DNA of 64,000 bases from positions 2,588 through 66,587 of the forward strand of contig JAGPNG010000007.1 in assembly GCA_018052475.1 (NCBI GenBank), given 5' to 3'. This stretch comes from Candidatus Fermentithermobacillaceae bacterium. GTDB lineage: Bacteria; Bacillota; Sulfobacillia; Fermentithermobacillales; Fermentithermobacillaceae. The position numbers and the translations under genes are program-made. Below the pieces are notes generated by a model. It had not been told where the DNA came from. It was given only the letters and a program-made list of their open reading frames with translations, and searched no databases. The first letter of the stretch is position 1; each line of letters starts with the position of its first letter. This document shows positions 52,431-62,933 of the stretch, piece after piece.

Positions 52431-52997
52431 ACTGTGAAAAAAAGGAATACCATTTGGTTGGTAGTTGTAGCATTGGTAGCGGTTGTAGCAGTTTGGTTTG
52501 TCTCTACGTACAACACCCTGGTGAAGCAAGAGGAACTCATAGATAGCCAATGGGCGCAAGTTGAGAACCAGCTACAGAGGCGCTATGACCTAATCCCTAA
52601 TCTTGTAAATACTGTAAAGGGATACGCGGCGCACGAAGAAGAAGTATTCACTGCAATTGCAGATGCAAGAGCTAGGCTGAACCAGGCAACTACCGTTGAT
52701 GAGAAAGTTGAGGCCAGTAATGACCTGGAGTCAGGTCTTGGCAGGTTACTGGTCATAGTAGAGAACTATCCTGAGCTTAAGGCTGACACGCAGTTCATAA
52801 GGCTCATGGATGAACTGTCGGGTACGGAGAATAGAATCAGTGTAGAAAGAATGCGCTTCAACGAACAGGTTAAGGAATACAATACCAAGATCAGACAATT
52901 CCCTACCGTTTTAGTTGCGAAAATCATGGGGTTTGAGACTAGACCTTATTTCGAGATTTTGCCTGGGGTCGGTGAAGCACCGTCGGTGGAGTTTTAG
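52431..52997 (+). CDS. lemA: LemA-family protein
   Basis: An N-terminal transmembrane segment, then NTLVKQEE...QRRYDLIPNLVNTVKGYA, the hallmark of LemA. Confidence 0.85.
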   Translation, partial: TVKKRNTIWLVVVALVAVVAVWFVSTYNTLVKQEELIDSQWAQVENQLQRRYDLIPNLVNTVKGYAAHEEEVFTAIADARARLNQATTVDEKVEASNDLESGLGRLLVIVENYPELKADTQFIRLMDELSGTENRISVERMRFNEQVKEYNTKIRQFPTVLVAKIMGFETRPYFEILPGVGEAPSVEF

Positions 52998-53120
52998 TAC
53001 GAACCGGCAGGGTTGGTTGACAGAGTAGCGTCTGCCGAAGTAGACTTATGTAGCCGGTATCAAAAAGGTAGAGCGTTACTATGGCTTTGACGCCTTCCAC
53101 CGGCCCTGCTATATTTAAAT

Positions 53121-53523
53121 TGGGTAAGCAGGTCAGGTAGTCGCAAGCGGTTATGACGCTTGAGGAAAGTCCGGGCTCCACAGGGCATGGCGCTGGGTAA
53201 CGCCCAGCGAGGGTGACCTTAGGGAAAGTGCCACAGAGACATACCGCCCTCAACCAGAGCCTCCATAACCTCGAAAAGGTGCTCGTGCGCCTTGAAGGGT
53301 TGAACGGCACTGGTTTGGGTAAGGGTGAAAAGGTAGTGTAAGAGACTACCGGCAGTCGGGCGACCGGCTGGCCAGGCAAACCCCGCCAGGAGCAAGACCA
53401 AATAGGGGGGCTGTGACGCTGCCCGCCGAGCCCCCGGGTATGGTCGCTTGAGGGAAAAGGCAACTTTTCTCCTAGATAGATGACTACCCTCGACAGAACC
53501 CGGCTTATAGACCTGCTTACCGC
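53121..53523 (+). ncRNA. rnpB: RNase P RNA, bacterial type A
   Basis: P4 core GAGGAAAGTCCGGGCTCC, GGGTAACGCCCAGCG (P10-11 region) and the 3' ACAGAACCCGGCTTA. P1 pairing is GGTAAGCAGGTC/GACCTGCTTACC. Followed by a T-run. Confidence 0.85.
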
Positions 53524-53734
53524 TTTTTTTGCATACCATGATGGTCTGTTTCGGATGTAAGTCTAACGGAGGAAATCCCCGTTAGACTTTCTGTATTAGT
53601 AGGTGTATAAAGGTGGTATCAATAGAAAACAATGCCTGAAGGAGAAATCACACCTTTAGAGGAATAAGAAAGACGGGTTTACTGAGTATTCGGGTGAGCC
53701 TTTTCGTTGTAAGAGACATCGAAATATATGGACG

Positions 53735-54217
53735 GTGGGCAAATTGTCACAAAGCGCTTTTCAAGAGTCATACGTTGAACGAAATCTTGCCATTGCCAAG
53801 GCCGAAATTGCTTCGGGCTGGGCTGCTGTTCTCGTAAAAGACGGACAGGTGATCGATCGGGAGAAAGGTAAAGGGATTAAGCCTGCACTGACTCTGGTAC
53901 GTAGGAGGTTTTCTACGGCTCAGAGTGAAGAACGAGCACTAGAAGCTGATGAAGGGCTTGTGTTTGGCGATAAAGTTCTGGGCCTCGCCGCTTTGAAACT
54001 AGGCTATCTCATGGGATGCAGGATAATGTGGGGCGAAATGGTTAGTGAGCTTGCGGTTATTGAAGGAAAACGGCGTGGGGTGCATGTTGAGTACGGCCAG
54101 TTGGTGCCCGTGATTCTCAATGCAAAGGGAAATGGATTATGCCCCATGGAGCACTTAGCATTTTCTCATGATGATGACCTAGAATTCTACTACGATCTCT
54201 CCGAGAGGATTCGCTGA
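53735..54217 (+). CDS. Hypothetical protein
   Basis: 160 aa ORF with a GTG start and a conserved-looking GLCPMEH motif. No family assigned with confidence. Confidence 0.4.
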   Translation: MGKLSQSAFQESYVERNLAIAKAEIASGWAAVLVKDGQVIDREKGKGIKPALTLVRRRFSTAQSEERALEADEGLVFGDKVLGLAALKLGYLMGCRIMWGEMVSELAVIEGKRRGVHVEYGQLVPVILNAKGNGLCPMEHLAFSHDDDLEFYYDLSERIR

Positions 54218-54256
54218 GAACGTGATGGAATATGCTATTCGGAAGGTGTTCGAGAT

Positions 54257-56230
54257 TTGAGTAAGTACAAGAAAGTTTATCTTGCCATTTTGGATGTGCT
54301 ACTTATTAATGTTGCGGCGATAGCAGGGCTTTATCTCCGGTTTGAGTTCAATGTGCCAGCTAATTACTTGGCACAATATCTAGAAGCTGCTCCCTACTTT
54401 ACGCTCATCTCGTTGGGAGTCTTTTTCGCCATGGGTCTTTATTCTGTGATACTTCGCTACGCAAGTGTGGATCAACTATTGGCCTCAGCGGCTTCGAGCG
54501 TTCTGAGTTGCATCGCTCTATGGGTGATAATCAGGTACCTTAAAGGGGGCTCCTACCCAAGATCTGCTATCATTATTACTGGTCTACTCGAGTTTCTCTT
54601 AATAGGAGGTTTGCGTGTTTCCGTTAGGGTTTTCAACACTGTTCTTGACGGATTTACCGGAGCGAAGAAACCACCAGACGAAGGCAGAGTCCGAGTGCTT
54701 GTTGTTGGCGCTGGGGACGCAGGGGTAATACTTGGGCGTGAATTGTCAAAACCGGCGTCAGAGGGCTACAAACTTGTGGGGTATGTAGACGATGATCCAG
54801 CGAAGAAGAATACTGTTGTTTGTGGCGCAAAAGTCTACGGAGATAGAAACCTCATTCCTTCTCTGGTTGAGCAATTAGGTGTGGATGAAGTCATAATCGC
54901 TATGCCTTCAGTTTCTCCCTCTGTGGTAAGAGAGATTGTAAGTCTATGCGAGAATACGGGAGCCAAAATCAGAGCTCTACCGCGAGTTTTGGATATGACA
55001 GGGAAACCATTTGATCTAAATATGGTAAGGGAAGTAGACATAGAAGACTTGTTGGGAAGGCCCGAAGTTCAACTGGATGCCGAGAAGATACAAAGCTATC
55101 TCAAAGGCAAAAAGGTTCTTGTAACTGGGGCTGGGGGTTCCATCGGTCAGGAGATTTGCAGGCAAGTGGCTTCATATTCACCGAGCGTTTTGATCCTCCT
55201 TGGGCACGGTGAGAACTCCTTGTTTGAGGCTAAACTTTCATTGGATTCCGGTTTTCCTCACACGGTCAAAGAGGTTATCGTAGCAGATGTAAGAGACGCG
55301 CTAAGGATCAAAGAAGTGTTTGCAACCTACAAACCCGATGTGGTGTTTCACGCGGCAGCACACAAGCATGTTCCCTTGATGGAAGATAACGTACAAGAGG
55401 CGGTAAAAACAAACATCTTTGGCACATACAACGTTGCTTCAGCGTCGGCCCTTTGCGGTGCCAAGAAGTTCGTCATGATATCGACGGATAAAGCAGTTAA
55501 CCCTACGAGCGTAATGGGAGCTACTAAGAGAGTAGCTGAGATGATTGTCCAATCTATGAATTTGCTAAACAGCGGAACGCAGTTTGTTTCTGTAAGGTTT
55601 GGAAATGTTCTTGGTTCAAGAGGCAGTGTGGTTCCGGTTTTTCGCAGGCAAATAGCACAAGGCGGGCCCGTAACCGTTACTCACCCAGACATGACACGTT
55701 ATTTCATGACAATCAGGGAAGCTGTCGAATTAGTCCTTCAAGCAGGTACTATGGGGCATGGCGGTGAGATTTTCGTGCTTGATATGGGTGAACCTGTACG
55801 CATCTTGGATATGGCTGAGCAGATGATAAGGCTTTCGGGTCGGACCCCCTACACAGAGATCCCCATAGTGTTTACGGGAGTCCGTAAAGGTGAGAAACTA
55901 TATGAAGAGATTCTCTCTTATGAAGAAGGGGTGTCTGCTACTCAGCACTCGCAGATCCTTGTAGCCAAGCAGAATGGTTTTTGTATGGAAGCATTTCTAT
56001 CCGGCCTAGCGAAGTTGGAGCGTCTTGTGTTTCCGGATGGCCTAAGCTTCCGGATATTTGATGAGGAACTTGGGTTACTCAAGACTCAGACTGATCAGGT
56101 CGTAGGCAATCCAAGCTTCGGTGTGCCTAGGGAAGAGATTTTGGATGTTCTTAGGGAGTTAGTTCCGGAGTTCAACAGTTCGCGGGTGAAAGAAGAGAAC
56201 CAGCCATACATGGACGTGGAGAGCCGATAG
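54257..56230 (+). CDS. Membrane-bound polysaccharide biosynthesis protein CapD/PglF/WbpM-like NDP-sugar 4,6-dehydratase
   Basis: N-terminal transmembrane helices and two Rossmann motifs (VVGAGDAG, VTGAGGSIG). TTG start with ribosome-binding site GGAAGGTG. Confidence 0.8.
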   Translation: MSKYKKVYLAILDVLLINVAAIAGLYLRFEFNVPANYLAQYLEAAPYFTLISLGVFFAMGLYSVILRYASVDQLLASAASSVLSCIALWVIIRYLKGGSYPRSAIIITGLLEFLLIGGLRVSVRVFNTVLDGFTGAKKPPDEGRVRVLVVGAGDAGVILGRELSKPASEGYKLVGYVDDDPAKKNTVVCGAKVYGDRNLIPSLVEQLGVDEVIIAMPSVSPSVVREIVSLCENTGAKIRALPRVLDMTGKPFDLNMVREVDIEDLLGRPEVQLDAEKIQSYLKGKKVLVTGAGGSIGQEICRQVASYSPSVLILLGHGENSLFEAKLSLDSGFPHTVKEVIVADVRDALRIKEVFATYKPDVVFHAAAHKHVPLMEDNVQEAVKTNIFGTYNVASASALCGAKKFVMISTDKAVNPTSVMGATKRVAEMIVQSMNLLNSGTQFVSVRFGNVLGSRGSVVPVFRRQIAQGGPVTVTHPDMTRYFMTIREAVELVLQAGTMGHGGEIFVLDMGEPVRILDMAEQMIRLSGRTPYTEIPIVFTGVRKGEKLYEEILSYEEGVSATQHSQILVAKQNGFCMEAFLSGLAKLERLVFPDGLSFRIFDEELGLLKTQTDQVVGNPSFGVPREEILDVLRELVPEFNSSRVKEENQPYMDVESR

Positions 56231-56339
56231 GTAGACCGAAACATGTTTCTCTCATAAGCAGGTGTGGTGATAATTCGTGATTCAGGCAGGCAAAGCGCGT
56301 TCATCGCTAAGTTCTCCGAATGCCTGTGGGGTGTTTTGG

Positions 56340-57578
56340 ATGAAAGCACTTCTTATCCTTTCCATTGGTTTTGCTTTGGCTTGGATTGTGAGCGCTATCT
56401 TGCCAAGGCCATCTCCCGGTGATGCTCTGAGGTACTTCGATGAGTCCTTCTTGGAACAGTCGTCTCATCGTGCAAAACTCTCGTATGTAGCCACTGGTCT
56501 TGAGGCTATTGCAACATTTTTGACTTTGTATCTCTTTGTAGAGAGAAAAATGGCACAAGCTTCAGCCATGAAGATTTCTTCTGCAGAGATGATATCGCCT
56601 CGACGTGCCCTTTATGTTGGAGCTGTCCTAGCCGTCGAGTGTGCTCTTTTGCTATTTGTTGTCCAATTACCTTTCAGGTTATACAAAGGGTATCTTCTTG
56701 AGAAGGCTTTTGGCCTTTCTAGGTTATCATTTTTAGGGTGGTTAGGGGAGGTTCTAAAAGGTACGCTGTTAGAGATGTTAGTTTATGCAGCCTTGGGGGG
56801 TGGAGCTGCTTTTCTCATAGTAAGATTTCCTGGTCGGTGGCAGTATCTTTTGACGCTCGTGTTTTTTGTGGGTAGCCTTGTCATCACTTACATATACCCA
56901 TTGGTCATAGCCCCTTTGTTCGATAGATTCGTTCTCCTGGAAGACCCAGTGCTTCTGGAGGAGATAAGGGCGCTCACACAAAAGGCAGGGTTAAGCGTTG
57001 ATAAGGTGCTTGTTATGGAGGCTTCTCGAAAGACTGCGAGGACAAATGCATACTTCACTGGAATAGGTGCAAGTAGGCAAGTAGTGCTTTATGATACTTT
57101 GGTAGAAGCTCAGCCAATAGAGGAAGTAAAACTCGTATTGGCGCATGAGTTGGGACACTGGAAAATGGGGCATCTGGTGAAGGGCATAGTATTATCTACG
57201 CTTTTTACTTTTGCCGCTATTATGGTTTTTTCCTTTGCGTTCGGGTTAACTCGCCAAGGTTTCTCAGCCCCAGATTTTGAGCGGGTCTTTCTATGCCTGA
57301 TTTTGTTCTTTGTTCTTGCATCGTACGTTACAACACCTATAAGTTCGTTGGTGTCTCGGAAACATGAAATAGAGGCTGATATGTTCTCTTTGGAAATTAC
57401 GTGCGATCCAAAGTCATTTACTTCTGCCATGGTAGGATTGGCCAGGGCAAACCTAAGTGACGTATGTCCGCCTCCTTTTATTAGGTGGTTTGCATTTTCA
57501 CATCCTACTACAATGGAACGGATCGCCCTGGCCGAGCAATTCGAAACCCCTTCCTCTTTCACCAAAATCGACTACTGA
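56340..57578 (+). CDS. M48-family (Ste24/HtpX-like) zinc metalloprotease
   Basis: HELGHWKMGH zinc motif with multiple transmembrane helices. Confidence 0.8.
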   Translation: MKALLILSIGFALAWIVSAILPRPSPGDALRYFDESFLEQSSHRAKLSYVATGLEAIATFLTLYLFVERKMAQASAMKISSAEMISPRRALYVGAVLAVECALLLFVVQLPFRLYKGYLLEKAFGLSRLSFLGWLGEVLKGTLLEMLVYAALGGGAAFLIVRFPGRWQYLLTLVFFVGSLVITYIYPLVIAPLFDRFVLLEDPVLLEEIRALTQKAGLSVDKVLVMEASRKTARTNAYFTGIGASRQVVLYDTLVEAQPIEEVKLVLAHELGHWKMGHLVKGIVLSTLFTFAAIMVFSFAFGLTRQGFSAPDFERVFLCLILFFVLASYVTTPISSLVSRKHEIEADMFSLEITCDPKSFTSAMVGLARANLSDVCPPPFIRWFAFSHPTTMERIALAEQFETPSSFTKIDY

Positions 57579-59011
57579 GCTAGCGCGAAGAGCGCCCTTG
57601 CATATATCTTAACTAAAAGAAGCAGGTCATCAATGGAAATGAACTCGTCTGCCTGGTGAGCGGTTTCTACTGCGCCTGGCATAACCGGTCCATAAGCTAC
57701 CCCTCCGGGTATGACTTTCGCGTATGTTCCTCCCCCTATGGCTATGGGAGGCGAATCATCGCCTGTTTCTTCGCGATATACTTGAAGCAACGTCTGCACT
57801 AGGAATGAGTTCGGATCCGTATAGTGAGAATTGCTCACGCTTACTACTTCTACTCGAAGACCATCGGTCTGAGGTCTCGGGCATGTGATTGCACGTTGCC
57901 TAAGTTCTTCTCCTGATATTTTCACGGGATACCTGATATTATATATCGCCGTGACAACGGTCCTTCCGTCTTCGTGTGCGGTTTGGCATACACCTAGATT
58001 ACATGATAGTTTTCCTGAAATATCATCTTCACACTCTATGTCTAGCCCTCGTCCATAGATATCTCCCGCTTCGGCTACGAACTTAAGCGCGTCACGGGAA
58101 CCCAATCCATCTCCAAGGCATGTTACAAGGTGCAGAATTGCTGTAACAGCATTGGTTCCTTCCCAAGGTACCGAGGCATGGCAGGCTTTCCCTGTGCAGC
58201 TAATTGTGATCATCCCGGATTGGGCCTCGAGTTCAAAGGACAAGGGCCCCGGGCCTCCTACAATCTTCGTCACGCTCGGAATAAATGTCTTGAGCAGTTC
58301 AGCGGTGCTCTGTTCTTCTCCCTGTGGTACCTTAAGCGTAGCGGTTGCTTTCTCAGGGACGATATTAGATCTTTCTCCCCCTGAGATTTCGACTAGCGAA
58401 TAGACGCCTTGTTCCACATCTACAGTTACTTTTACGTTCATGCTTCCCTTTTCAGCGTAGACCAGAGGGAAGAAAGCGTCAGGCGAGAACCCGTATGTGG
58501 GCAGTTCCTCGACTTGAAAATAATGTCTTACGCAGCGGAACCCCGATTCCTCGTTCCCCCCAATAACGTGGCGTATACGCCTTCTAAGGGGCACACCGCT
58601 TTCTTTGATGGCTTTCAGAGCATAAAGACACGCAATTGTAGGCCCTTTGTTGTCCTGCGCTCCTCTTCCATAAACCTTCCCGTCGTAGACTTCGCCTAGC
58701 GGGTGTCTCGTCCATCCGGTACCAATAGGAACTATGTCGACGTGAGTCAAGGCCATGGCCATCTCTTGGCCGCTTCCGATTTCCCCATGAACTGCATACC
58801 CATCCACATTCTTGGAAGAAATGCCGAAAGACTCGGCTTTCTTGGTGCAAAAGTCAAAAGCTCTGGCTACTTCCGGTCCAAAAGGTTGGCCCTCGCTCGG
58901 TGCCTTTTCAATGCTAGGGATAGATATGAGTTCTAGCAGTGACGAGATAATCTCCTCAGAATGCTTTGGGATCCAGTCTTCAAGGTAAGAAGCGAATTCT
59001 TTCTGATCCAT
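57572..59011 (-). CDS. M20-family dipeptidase (PepV/Sapep-like)
   Basis: 479 aa ORF with HVDIVP, GAQDNKG and GGNEESG metal ligands. Confidence 0.75.
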   Translation of the reverse strand: MDQKEFASYLEDWIPKHSEEIISSLLELISIPSIEKAPSEGQPFGPEVARAFDFCTKKAESFGISSKNVDGYAVHGEIGSGQEMAMALTHVDIVPIGTGWTRHPLGEVYDGKVYGRGAQDNKGPTIACLYALKAIKESGVPLRRRIRHVIGGNEESGFRCVRHYFQVEELPTYGFSPDAFFPLVYAEKGSMNVKVTVDVEQGVYSLVEISGGERSNIVPEKATATLKVPQGEEQSTAELLKTFIPSVTKIVGGPGPLSFELEAQSGMITISCTGKACHASVPWEGTNAVTAILHLVTCLGDGLGSRDALKFVAEAGDIYGRGLDIECEDDISGKLSCNLGVCQTAHEDGRTVVTAIYNIRYPVKISGEELRQRAITCPRPQTDGLRVEVVSVSNSHYTDPNSFLVQTLLQVYREETGDDSPPIAIGGGTYAKVIPGGVAYGPVMPGAVETAHQADEFISIDDLLLLVKIYARALFALAQ

Positions 59012-59035
59012 TAGTTAATCACCCCTATTTGGTTT

Positions 59036-60628
59036 TTAGGATTCTTTGACGACCCGAAGTGTTGTCAGTGTTCTGTCTTCCGGACCTGAGATGCCAAATG
59101 CAAGACGCCTGATCACATGCAGATACTCAACGGTTTCCTGAGAGATTACTTCGCCTGGATACAGGATTGGTATTCCCGGTGGGTAGCAGGTAACGACTTC
59201 TGCGCTGATCCTGTCGACGCTATCATCAAGAAGCGTTCGTTCCCATGGGCTTTGTACGGCTTTCCGCGGGATAAGCGCCATCTTTGGTATATGAGGCAAA
59301 GATGGGATCGATGTCTGGCATGAAAGGAGTCTCTTTGGAAGGCTGCCATCTGCTACTGCCTCCACAAGGTCGCGCAGCGCTTCCACGAGAAGAGAGATTT
59401 CTTGTGCTGTATTGCCATAGCTTACGATAACAAGCACGTTGTAGAGATCTGACATTTCTACCTGTATTTTCTTTTTTTCACGTAGGTACTTCTCAGCTTG
59501 GTAGCCGGTTATACCTAGTTCTCTCACAGTTATCGTTACTTTAGTCGGATCAAACGCATCTACACCTGGATTCTTGGTAATCTCGCTGCCAAAACAGTAG
59601 AGCCCCGGAATGTCGTTTACCTCTCTTCTTAGATCCTCGGCCAGGTTTATCGCACGATCCAAAAGTTCCTTTCCATGTATAGCCATCTGTTTGCGAGCAC
59701 TATCCAAAGACGCCATAAGCAGATATGAAGGGCTAGTTGAAGTGAGGTATTGAAAGGAGGCTTTTAGCCGTGCGGGGTCAATTCGTTCTCCTTTTATGTG
59801 AAGGAAAGATGCTTGGGTTAGAGCTCCAAGAATTTTGTGAGCTCCTTGAGATACAGCATCTGCTCCACACTCTAGTGCAGGCTTTGGCAGCACAGGATGA
59901 AAATGAAAGTGCGGTCCGTGGGCTTCATCAACCAAGAGCGTCTTTCCGTGACTATGAACCAGTTCTGATAGGCCGGTAAGATCTTGAGACGTTCCGTAAT
60001 AGGTAGGATTGACCATAAAGACTGCCTTAGCTTTTTCTCCATCGCGATCATGGGTAAGAAGATCCGAAAGAGAGTTTTCTTCGATCCCAAGGGCAAATCC
60101 CAGATACGGGTCATAAGACGGCAGAAGAAATACAGGTTTAGCTCCTGAGAGAATTAACGCGGACAAAACTGATTTATGAATGTTTCTGGGTATGATGATG
60201 GAATCTCCATCGTTTACTACCGAGAGCGTCATCACCTGAATGGCCCCTGATGTCCCATTGACCACGAAATAAGTCTTGTCAGCGCCAAACAAATTAGCGG
60301 CGAGCTCTTGAGCTTCTTTGATACACTGTGTAGGTTCATGGAGGTCATCCATGCTAGGGACGCCTGTTACGTCATGCAGAAAGGCTCTTTCACCGATAAT
60401 AGACAGACCTTCGGGAGCGGCGCCTTTTCCACCCCGATGTCCGGGCATATGGAAGCGAACTGTATCGAGATAAGCGGTCAGCGCTTCTATAATAGGAGTT
60501 TTGGTCTGGTCATGAGCGTAATTTGCTGCGCTTGGTATTATTTGACTGGTACGCTGTATTTCATTGTAATTGACGTACTGAGAATCCGGGTTCAATGTGT
60601 AACCTCCTCTAAGACAACTGGCAGCCAT
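59036..60628 (-). CDS. Orn/Lys/Arg decarboxylase-family PLP enzyme (fold-type I)
   Basis: The OKR_DC_1 core: FHMPGH, the PLP-lysine context SQGAHKILGALTQAS and a C-terminal OKR domain. Confidence 0.75.
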   Translation of the reverse strand: MAASCLRGGYTLNPDSQYVNYNEIQRTSQIIPSAANYAHDQTKTPIIEALTAYLDTVRFHMPGHRGGKGAAPEGLSIIGERAFLHDVTGVPSMDDLHEPTQCIKEAQELAANLFGADKTYFVVNGTSGAIQVMTLSVVNDGDSIIIPRNIHKSVLSALILSGAKPVFLLPSYDPYLGFALGIEENSLSDLLTHDRDGEKAKAVFMVNPTYYGTSQDLTGLSELVHSHGKTLLVDEAHGPHFHFHPVLPKPALECGADAVSQGAHKILGALTQASFLHIKGERIDPARLKASFQYLTSTSPSYLLMASLDSARKQMAIHGKELLDRAINLAEDLRREVNDIPGLYCFGSEITKNPGVDAFDPTKVTITVRELGITGYQAEKYLREKKKIQVEMSDLYNVLVIVSYGNTAQEISLLVEALRDLVEAVADGSLPKRLLSCQTSIPSLPHIPKMALIPRKAVQSPWERTLLDDSVDRISAEVVTCYPPGIPILYPGEVISQETVEYLHVIRRLAFGISGPEDRTLTTLRVVKES

Positions 60629-60907
60629 GTTCGGTAAGTTTTAGATTTAAAGACCCAGGCGCCGAATGTGTGCATAACTTCCAAGCAATTATAATCAAAT
60701 TGCGTTATAGTGGCGAGTATATCATGGGCAAAAGAATAAACCTGAAGAGACCTCATGTAGTCATGTGTGTCATCTGAACCGAAAGGCGGATTGAATCCGA
60801 AAAATGGACATACCTTACCCAACTCATACTGTGATCGCATGAGTCAGATAATCAAGTAACGGCTTGGAGCACGGTATACGTGTCTACAAGCCGCTATGGT
60901 GCCTACA

Positions 60908-61600
60908 TCAACCTTTTATATAGCTTTGAAGTTTCGGTAAGGCGGTATCAAAATCCCGTCTTTTTGAAGCCAGAAAAGTTACTGCGTTCTCGGACTGCTT
61001 GGCTTTGTTGATGTCCTGCGCGTCAAATGAAGGGAGTCCCGTTCCCTTTATCTCTATGAGACCGTAGAGCGCTCCTTCTTTTATCTCGATTCCCGATACA
61101 GTGTTCCAAGGATACTTGACACACTTTTTGCCGGTTATAGATCCGGTGGCCATGCCCGATTTCAAGATATAGATGTGCTTTGATGAGCATGCCAGCCCTT
61201 CGCCAGTGTTGCCTACCAAGGCTACCTCAATGTCTTCGTCAGGCTCTATGTTGCTCTGTAGGAGATCAGCTAGTGATCCCAGTGTCTTGAGCGCAGCCTT
61301 TCCATCGGTACCCGCAGCAGTCGGAGCGGCTGGTTTTGGCCTGGATCCCATAACAGAGGACATTATGTAGTCATACTTTTTCATTATACCTTGCTTCTCA
61401 ATGCACGCGGTACACAGGTAGTGCCCGTCAATTGTTTTAAAATGCTCATCTGACGAGAATGGTTCCTTACCGCACAGATGACATTTGACCTTGCCTTTCT
61501 TAACAATGCACTTCTTGCAGTACCAAGTGCCGTCAACTAAAACCAGGTCGGTCCGACCCATCCCTAGGTTTGAGGCTCCGCATATTGAACAATTTGCCAA
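60908..61600 (-). CDS. Zinc-ribbon protein with C-terminal PH-like (bPH/GRAM-like) domain, unknown function
   Basis: Four N-terminal CxxC pairs (CSIC...CKKC...CHLC...CTAC) are followed by a beta-rich domain of about 110 aa. Confidence 0.5.
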   Translation of the reverse strand: MANCSICGASNLGMGRTDLVLVDGTWYCKKCIVKKGKVKCHLCGKEPFSSDEHFKTIDGHYLCTACIEKQGIMKKYDYIMSSVMGSRPKPAAPTAAGTDGKAALKTLGSLADLLQSNIEPDEDIEVALVGNTGEGLACSSKHIYILKSGMATGSITGKKCVKYPWNTVSGIEIKEGALYGLIEIKGTGLPSFDAQDINKAKQSENAVTFLASKRRDFDTALPKLQSYIKG

Positions 61601-61661
61601 TCTAACTCCCTCCCTAAGTTACATATCGCAATTAGGGAGGAGGTAGTTTAGTATGCGTGTG

Positions 61662-62891
61662 CTATTTCCCTTCGCGTTTTTCCCTAAGGTATGTTTTGGC
61701 GTCTTCAAGAAGTTCCGGCTTGTATATGAGTTCCATTGCCGATAGTGCCATAACCTTGGCTGCCATCTGGGTTGCGTCAATCGCCCTTGGAGTTATAGTG
61801 TCATCAGCCATCTCTTTGGAATGCCCGCGTGCATCAGTCATACCGAACGAGATTTGTATACAAGGGGTGTGCCACGTTACGCTACCAACGTCTGTGACTC
61901 CTCCGCCGCCCTCAACGTCCGGTTGCGGCAACTTTTGACCCAAGTATTCAAAGTTCATTTTGGCTATTGATGTTAGCACAGGATGCTCTAGCGTCTCTCG
62001 GAAAAGAGGTTCGTAATGTCTAAACTCAACTGTAGCACCTACGGCTTGGGCAGCACCTTGAGCACACTCTTTGACCTTTGGGAGAACTACTTCTTCAAGA
62101 TAGCGGGAGTCTTTTGAGCGGACGGTAAACCGGACCGTTGCTCTTTCCGGGACTATGTTAGGCGCATCTCCGCCGTGGGTGATGATACCAGCCAGTCTCA
62201 CGTCATCTCTGAGATGATTCTTCATCATTCTGATGCTTGTATAAGCAGAAACACATGCGTCTAGGGCATTTATTCCCGCTTGCGGATTCCCACCTGCGTG
62301 GGCGGATCGTCCGTGGAATGTGATTTCAATGGGATGAGAAGCCCATGATGAACCTCCAAGCGAATTAATCTGACCCGGATGGGCTATGAAAGCAGCATCT
62401 ATATCCGAAAAAACTCCTGCTTCTGCCATCACTACTTTTCCGCCGATGGTTTCTTCGGCGGGAGTTCCCAATACTATCCACGTGACGTCCGTTTCCCCAG
62501 GCGGTAGACATTGCTTAATACCTATCGCGGCAGCTATGGCGCTTGCTGCAATGAGGTTATGCCCGCACCCGTGACCGATTCCCGGAAGAGCATCGTACTC
62601 GGCCAGGAATGCAATCTTTGGCCTCTTATCACCTGCTTTGGCCTTAAAAGACGTGGGCAATCCCGCTATTTCTCTTTCTATCTCAAAACCATGTTCAACA
62701 AGGATTTTTGTCAGTTTTTCTGCTGCGTAAAACTCTTGAAGTCCTAATTCGGGGTTTTTGTATAACGACTGAGCGATATCTTCGACCACTGGTTTCAAGG
62801 CATCAATAGCCGATACAATCTCTGCCTTTTTCTCCGCATAATTGGCATCCACTTTTGGCCCAATGTTATTGCCCAATTTGTTTTCCCTCAT
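61662..62891 (-). CDS. M20D-family amidohydrolase (N-acyl-amino acid / hippurate hydrolase-like)
   Basis: HGCGHNL, GTPAEE and the other metal ligands typical of AmhX/YxeP. Confidence 0.8.
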   Translation of the reverse strand: MRENKLGNNIGPKVDANYAEKKAEIVSAIDALKPVVEDIAQSLYKNPELGLQEFYAAEKLTKILVEHGFEIEREIAGLPTSFKAKAGDKRPKIAFLAEYDALPGIGHGCGHNLIAASAIAAAIGIKQCLPPGETDVTWIVLGTPAEETIGGKVVMAEAGVFSDIDAAFIAHPGQINSLGGSSWASHPIEITFHGRSAHAGGNPQAGINALDACVSAYTSIRMMKNHLRDDVRLAGIITHGGDAPNIVPERATVRFTVRSKDSRYLEEVVLPKVKECAQGAAQAVGATVEFRHYEPLFRETLEHPVLTSIAKMNFEYLGQKLPQPDVEGGGGVTDVGSVTWHTPCIQISFGMTDARGHSKEMADDTITPRAIDATQMAAKVMALSAMELIYKPELLEDAKTYLREKREGK

Positions 62892-62933
62892 TTCCTGTTT
62901 GATATTTGATCGCGAAATGCCCGTAGACGCTCC

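Noticed and set aside
52939-53539. ORFs of 174 and 106 aa on the minus strand around 53000-53540
   Set aside because: They overlap the RNase P RNA gene, which has the unmistakable P4 sequence GAGGAAAGTCCGGGCTCC and P1 pairing. They are Pro/Arg-rich antisense translations of a GC-rich structured RNA.
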